From: Pseudomonadota bacterium
GTDB lineage: Bacteria; Bdellovibrionota_B; Oligoflexia; Oligoflexales; CAIYRB01
DNA: 22,356 bases
Assembly: GCA_031416315.1 (NCBI GenBank)
Contig: JANOTL010000006.1
Location: forward strand, 1-22,356
Direction: 5' to 3'
Of this stretch, positions 16,885-22,356 are shown one piece after another (the stretch's first letter is position 1; every line of letters begins with the position of its first letter). The notes under the pieces were generated by a model. The model made no database searches, was not told the DNA's origin, and saw nothing but the letters and a program-made list of their open reading frames with translations. Made by a program: the position numbers and the translations under genes.

Positions 16885-18861
16885 TTATGTCTTTCTCGGT
16901 GAACGGGAGCTGGAGGCAGAAACCATCGTCGTTACTTCTTTTTCCGAAAGATAAGCGCCGTGGACGCGGTGCGTGCCGCCCGAAGCGAGGTAAAGCATGT
17001 CGCCCTTGCCGAGGAGCGTCTCGGCGCCCGAGGCGTCGAGGATCGTCCGCGAGTCGATGCCCGAGAGGACGCGGAAGGAGACGCGGGTCGGGAAGTTGGC
17101 TTTGATGAGGCCGGTGATCACGTCCGCCGAAGGGCGCTGGGTCGCGATGACCATGTGGATGCCGCAAGCGCGAGCTTTCTGCGCCAGGCGGGTGATCGGG
17201 GTCTCGGCGTCTTTGCCGAGGAGCATCATCATGTCGGCCATCTCGTCGACGATCAGCACGATGTAGGGCATGGCGACCCATTTGCCTTCGAACGCCATGA
17301 ACTCGTTCTTCTTGCGGGTCTTCACGATCTCGTTGAAGGAGTCCATGTTGCGGGCGCCGACGGCCCGCATGCGGCGGTAGCGGTCTTCCATCTCGTTGAC
17401 GAGCGCGTTGAGCGCGGCGCGGCCTTCTGTCTGCACGTCGGTGATCACCGGGCAGGCCATATGCGGCAGGTCGTTGTAGGCGGCCATCTCGACCATCTTC
17501 GGGTCGATCATGACGAAGCGCAGGTCCTTCGCCGTGTGGCGGGAGATCAAGGAGCCGATCAGCGTGTTCATGAACACCGACTTGCCCGCGCCGGTCGAGC
17601 CGGCGACGAGAAGGTGCGGCATCTCGACGAGATCCTTGACGATGGCGTTGCCGAAGATGTCGACGCCCATGGCGATCGGGAGCCTGACGCGGGAGTCTTT
17701 GAACTCTTTCGCTTCCACGAGGTCGGCGAAGCCGATGATGGCGCGCTCGACGTTGGGGACCTCGAAGCCGACGGTGTCCTTGCCCGGGATCGGCGCGAGG
17801 ACGCGCAGGGACTGCGCTTTCAGCATACGGGCCAGGTCTTCGCCGAGGGCGGAGATCTTGCTGACTTTCGTGCCGGGAGCCGGCTTGAACTCGAAGGTGG
17901 TGACGACCGGACCCTGGGTCACGGCGACGATCTCGCCCATGATCTTGAACTGGGCCAGCTGCTCGGTGAGGTTGGCGGCGATGACCTTGAAGTCTTCGCT
18001 GCGGTCGGCGCCCTTCTTGGTGCGCGAGAAGATCGAGACGTCGGGCTTGCCGTGCGCGGGGCCTTCATAGACTAGATCCATCTCGGCGACCGGGCCGATC
18101 GGAGCGTGCGAGGCCGCCTTCGGCTCGTGACTGGGTGCGGCCTTCGCTTGACCTTCGGCCGCGGCGTGCGAGGCATCGGCGCGGGCGACGCGGGCCGCCT
18201 TCGCGACCTCTGCCGGGGTCAGCGGCAGCACTTCGTTGAGGATGTACTTCTTCCAGCCGCGGATCGCGAGCTTCTTGAACAGATACCAGAGATTCTGGAC
18301 GTGCTCGGCGGTGCGCGAGACGTGCAGGTTTTCCGTGAGGACCAGCGCCGTGATGGCGAAGAGGAGCATGGCGAGAAAGGCGCCGCCGAAGCCCAGGTTG
18401 GGGACGAACGAGCGCTCGATCATGTGGCCGATGATGCCGCCGAAGCCGAAGCTCGGCTCGGGGAGGCCCGTGCGCGGCAGGAGGAGCTGGAAGAGGCCGG
18501 CGCTGGAGCAGATCGCCGCGAAGAAGCCGAGGAACTTGCGCGGGCGGGGCCAGAGGACGAAGCCCGTCGCCGTCAAGGTGCCCCAAGCGAGGAAGATCAC
18601 CGGCCAGATCATCCCGATCACGCCGAAGCGGCCCAGGATGTGCGCGGCGCAGTAGGCTCCGAAGTTGCCGGCGAGGTTCGAGACGCCTTTGGCGCTCAAG
18701 CCGTGCATCCCGTAGTCGTAAGGGCTGAAAGAGTAGCAGGCCAGCGCCAGGAAGACGCCCATCGCCAAGAGCGTGAAGCCCCAGGCCTCTTTCACCGCCG
18801 ACCGGCTCGGGAGAGATTCTTTGATTTCTTCTTCGAATGCCGTCGAGAACAACATCGACAT
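16885..18861 (-). CDS. ftsK: FtsK/SpoIIIE DNA translocase with N-terminal TM domain, lacking the gamma domain
   Basis: FtsK_4TM-like N-terminus (SFSPYD, NLAGNFGA, GGIIG), alpha domain GPVVTTFEFKPAPGTKVSKI, Walker A GSTGAGKS, IDPKMVE, Walker B IVDEMAD, ATQRPS and GAETLLGKGDMLY. It ends about 20 aa after RVHGAY. Confidence 0.92.
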   Translation of the reverse strand: MSMLFSTAFEEEIKESLPSRSAVKEAWGFTLLAMGVFLALACYSFSPYDYGMHGLSAKGVSNLAGNFGAYCAAHILGRFGVIGMIWPVIFLAWGTLTATGFVLWPRPRKFLGFFAAICSSAGLFQLLLPRTGLPEPSFGFGGIIGHMIERSFVPNLGFGGAFLAMLLFAITALVLTENLHVSRTAEHVQNLWYLFKKLAIRGWKKYILNEVLPLTPAEVAKAARVARADASHAAAEGQAKAAPSHEPKAASHAPIGPVAEMDLVYEGPAHGKPDVSIFSRTKKGADRSEDFKVIAANLTEQLAQFKIMGEIVAVTQGPVVTTFEFKPAPGTKVSKISALGEDLARMLKAQSLRVLAPIPGKDTVGFEVPNVERAIIGFADLVEAKEFKDSRVRLPIAMGVDIFGNAIVKDLVEMPHLLVAGSTGAGKSVFMNTLIGSLISRHTAKDLRFVMIDPKMVEMAAYNDLPHMACPVITDVQTEGRAALNALVNEMEDRYRRMRAVGARNMDSFNEIVKTRKKNEFMAFEGKWVAMPYIVLIVDEMADMMMLLGKDAETPITRLAQKARACGIHMVIATQRPSADVITGLIKANFPTRVSFRVLSGIDSRTILDASGAETLLGKGDMLYLASGGTHRVHGAYLSEKEVTTMVSASSSRSPRKT

Positions 18862-18998
18862 CGCCTTAACCCCACGTCCACATCAATAGGAGGAACAACA
18901 GCAACAGAGAGAGCCGCACACGCTAATACAAGTCTCGCACCAGGTACCGAACCGCGATTTCCCTGAGGAAATCCCGAAAATTACTGTCAGGATCTTGG

Positions 18999-19700
18999 TC
19001 ACTCGTCGCCGAAGATCTCGGTCGCGTACCAGCCGTTACCGACTCTCGCGACGCCGATGCCCATGGCGGCGTAGTCGCCCATCATGTTGGCGTAGTGTCC
19101 GGGGCTGTTCTTCCACATGTCGAAAAATTCGCGAGCGACATCTTGGCCGTAGCCGGTCATCGCGACGTTTTCCGCCGAGATGTCGGCGCGCGCGCCCGAG
19201 AACTCCTCGCTGAACTTGCGCGAGCGCTGGTTGGGGAAACCGTCGTGACCGATGGATCCGCGCCGCGCCTGCACTGCCGACCAGTCGCGTGCCAGCCAGG
19301 AGAGCTTGGGCGCCGCTTTAAGCGGGCCTTTCTTGCGACCAAAAGGTCCGCCCTTGGCGCGCTCTTCGTTGGTGAGGCGAAGGATCTCCGCCTCGATCTT
19401 GCAGATCTCGGCGTCGCCTTTGTAACATTCGTTCGCCGCCGCAGGCGGCGTTGCCTGGGCGTCCTCGTCCACCGCCGCGCCGCCCGGGTTGGCGGCGCCG
19501 CCATTGTCCGGCTGGGGATTCAGGTTCGGCTTGGTCCCGCTCGAGCCGGAGCCCGTGCCCTTGCCGCCTTCGATCTTACCTTCGATCTTCACGCCGGGCG
19601 CCTTGTAGCCGGCGTCGCCTTTGGAGGCTTTGTCGGTCGTGTTGCAGGCGGCGAGGAACGAGGCGCAGAGAGCGATGACAAGGCAATGGATGGTCTTCAT
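18999..19700 (-). CDS. CAP/SCP-domain lipoprotein
   Basis: Lipobox LAAC, Gly/Pro linker, LTNEER, IGHDG, AENVA and WKNSPGHYANM. Start ATG 19700 after GGAG. Confidence 0.92.
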   Translation of the reverse strand: MKTIHCLVIALCASFLAACNTTDKASKGDAGYKAPGVKIEGKIEGGKGTGSGSSGTKPNLNPQPDNGGAANPGGAAVDEDAQATPPAAANECYKGDAEICKIEAEILRLTNEERAKGGPFGRKKGPLKAAPKLSWLARDWSAVQARRGSIGHDGFPNQRSRKFSEEFSGARADISAENVAMTGYGQDVAREFFDMWKNSPGHYANMMGDYAAMGIGVARVGNGWYATEIFGDE

Positions 19701-19736
19701 TTGGGCCAGCTCCGCGAGTGAGGATGGCCTCCTCAT

Positions 19737-19753
19737 TGCAAAAGCCAAGCCGG
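19737..19753 (-). promoter_or_regulatory. Possible sigma54 (-24/-12) promoter for the CAP gene
   Basis: Minus strand CCGGCTTGGCTTTTGCA has GG-N10-GC spacing with TTGCA, about 37 nt upstream of the ATG. The -24 context is imperfect. Confidence 0.3.
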
Positions 19754-19897
19754 TTAAATCGCTTACATTTCAGGGGCCTGTCGACACCAAACTGCCTCGC
19801 TTTACGGCGACCGTCGTTTTTTTCGACAGCACTCAAGCGTTTCGCGGGTTCTTCCGATCTAGATGGAAAGAGACATCGCTAAGAAAAAGGTCAAGCC

Positions 19898-21516
<1,619 letters not shown>

Positions 21517-21520
<4 letters not shown>

Positions 21521-22356
21521 AGTACGTACAAACTTGTTTGGTCATGGTGTCAGTCGCGTCGTTCGGCGCCTGTAAGCAGAAGCAGGTATTCGGCAGCAGT
21601 GGCTCCGCCTCGCAGCTCATGAACTTCGTGTCGTCTGGCCAGACCGCGATTCCGGAGATCAAAGATTCGTACACGGCCGGCAATTGGGCCGAGAAAAACC
21701 GCTATTTCAGGGAGAGCAACGCTCGCGGCCAACCCGGCGACTGCGACAAAATCATACCCTCCGCGGTCCCACTTGGCGCGACATGCGTCATCACTCTGTC
21801 TTACGGGCGTGGCAAGCAGAACGGTGAAGCAACGTCTACCGTCGGTCGCTGTCAAGATCTTGCGCCGGACCTCGATGACTGGTGTCCCGAGGAGAAGTGC
21901 CTCGACGCACCACAAACCACGTCGATGCAGCTCGTTCGCCTGCCAGGTGGCGACAAGGGCTTTAGTCTCGACAAGTGGAACACGGATATGCTGGCCGCCA
22001 TTTTCGCCGCCAATCAGGAAAAGAATGCTCAGGGTCTCCGGCTTGCCGGAGACGAGGTTTTCGACAAGGTCGGCGAGCTTCCGCCGGCCAGCAACTACTA
22101 TCCAAGCACCGTGGGGACCAACGAGACCGTCACGATCCAGGCGGCCGGCCAAGATTTTCCGCTCGATGCCCTGAACACGACGTTCGGTGATAAGGAAGGG
22201 CCAGAGGCCGACTCGACTTTCACGGCGTGGTCGTCGCGAGTCGAAGCTGGCGCCGGTCTGGCGCTGCAGGGCGGCGACCAAGGCGGGGCCGGTAAGATTG
22301 AGGCATTTCAGTTCATCGAAGGCCAGGATGACGATCCGACGGGCGGCGGCGGCGGC
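21517..22356 (+). CDS. Hypothetical lipoprotein, partial (runs off the window end)
   Basis: Not in the ORF track. ATG 21517 overlaps the upstream TGA (ATGA) and the frame is open for 280 codons: [37 protein letters not shown]...DDPTGGGGG. Lipobox FGAC, several Cys. Confidence 0.85.

Noticed and set aside
16885..16960. Frameshifted or read-through FtsK gamma domain
   Set aside because: The next gene starts 3 nt after the stop and no gamma-like sequence (ASIS.LQR...IGYNRA) is visible in this stretch.
18956..18973. GATTTCC-N4-GGAAATC hairpin downstream of the CAP gene as a terminator
   Set aside because: 7-bp AT-rich stem with no clear U-tract; it could be an operator, but nothing else supports that.
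21550..22281. 243-aa minus-strand ORF
   Set aside because: Antisense shadow of the plus-strand lipoprotein starting at 21517, which has a lipobox and an ATGA coupling.

Overview
GC-rich bacterial chromosomal window; the gene mix suggests Bdellovibrionota/Oligoflexia or a related deltaproteobacterium-like lineage (inference only). The left part is housekeeping: pdhA-pdhB-pdhC (pdhC runs off the window), fabF, an outer-membrane barrel-like protein, an LptF/LptG-family permease, a transpeptidase-only PBP with a 2OG-Fe(II) oxygenase, two orphan periplasmic substrate-binding proteins and a lipoprotein thermonuclease. The middle is an AT3-SGNH O-acyltransferase flanked by debris: a PIN/VapC pseudogene on the left, and an IS110 transposase fragment joined to an AbiEii-like toxin fragment on the right. 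The right part holds a tightly coupled pair, a membrane-anchored FtsK with no gamma domain and a NERD nuclease-SF1 helicase-cold-shock-domain fusion. It also holds a gluzincin lipoprotein, a CAP lipoprotein, a Pro/Thr-stalk lipoprotein ending in an FrpC-type self-processing module with Ser-Pro at the cleavage site, and a lipoprotein ORF that runs off the end. The best candidates for new biology are the gamma-less FtsK plus NERD-helicase-CSD pair, a 30-bp-stem palindrome read in frame through the PdhC linker, the Ser-Pro SPM lipoprotein, and a 5'-UTR motif shared by unrelated genes. No rRNA, tRNA or CRISPR array was seen.
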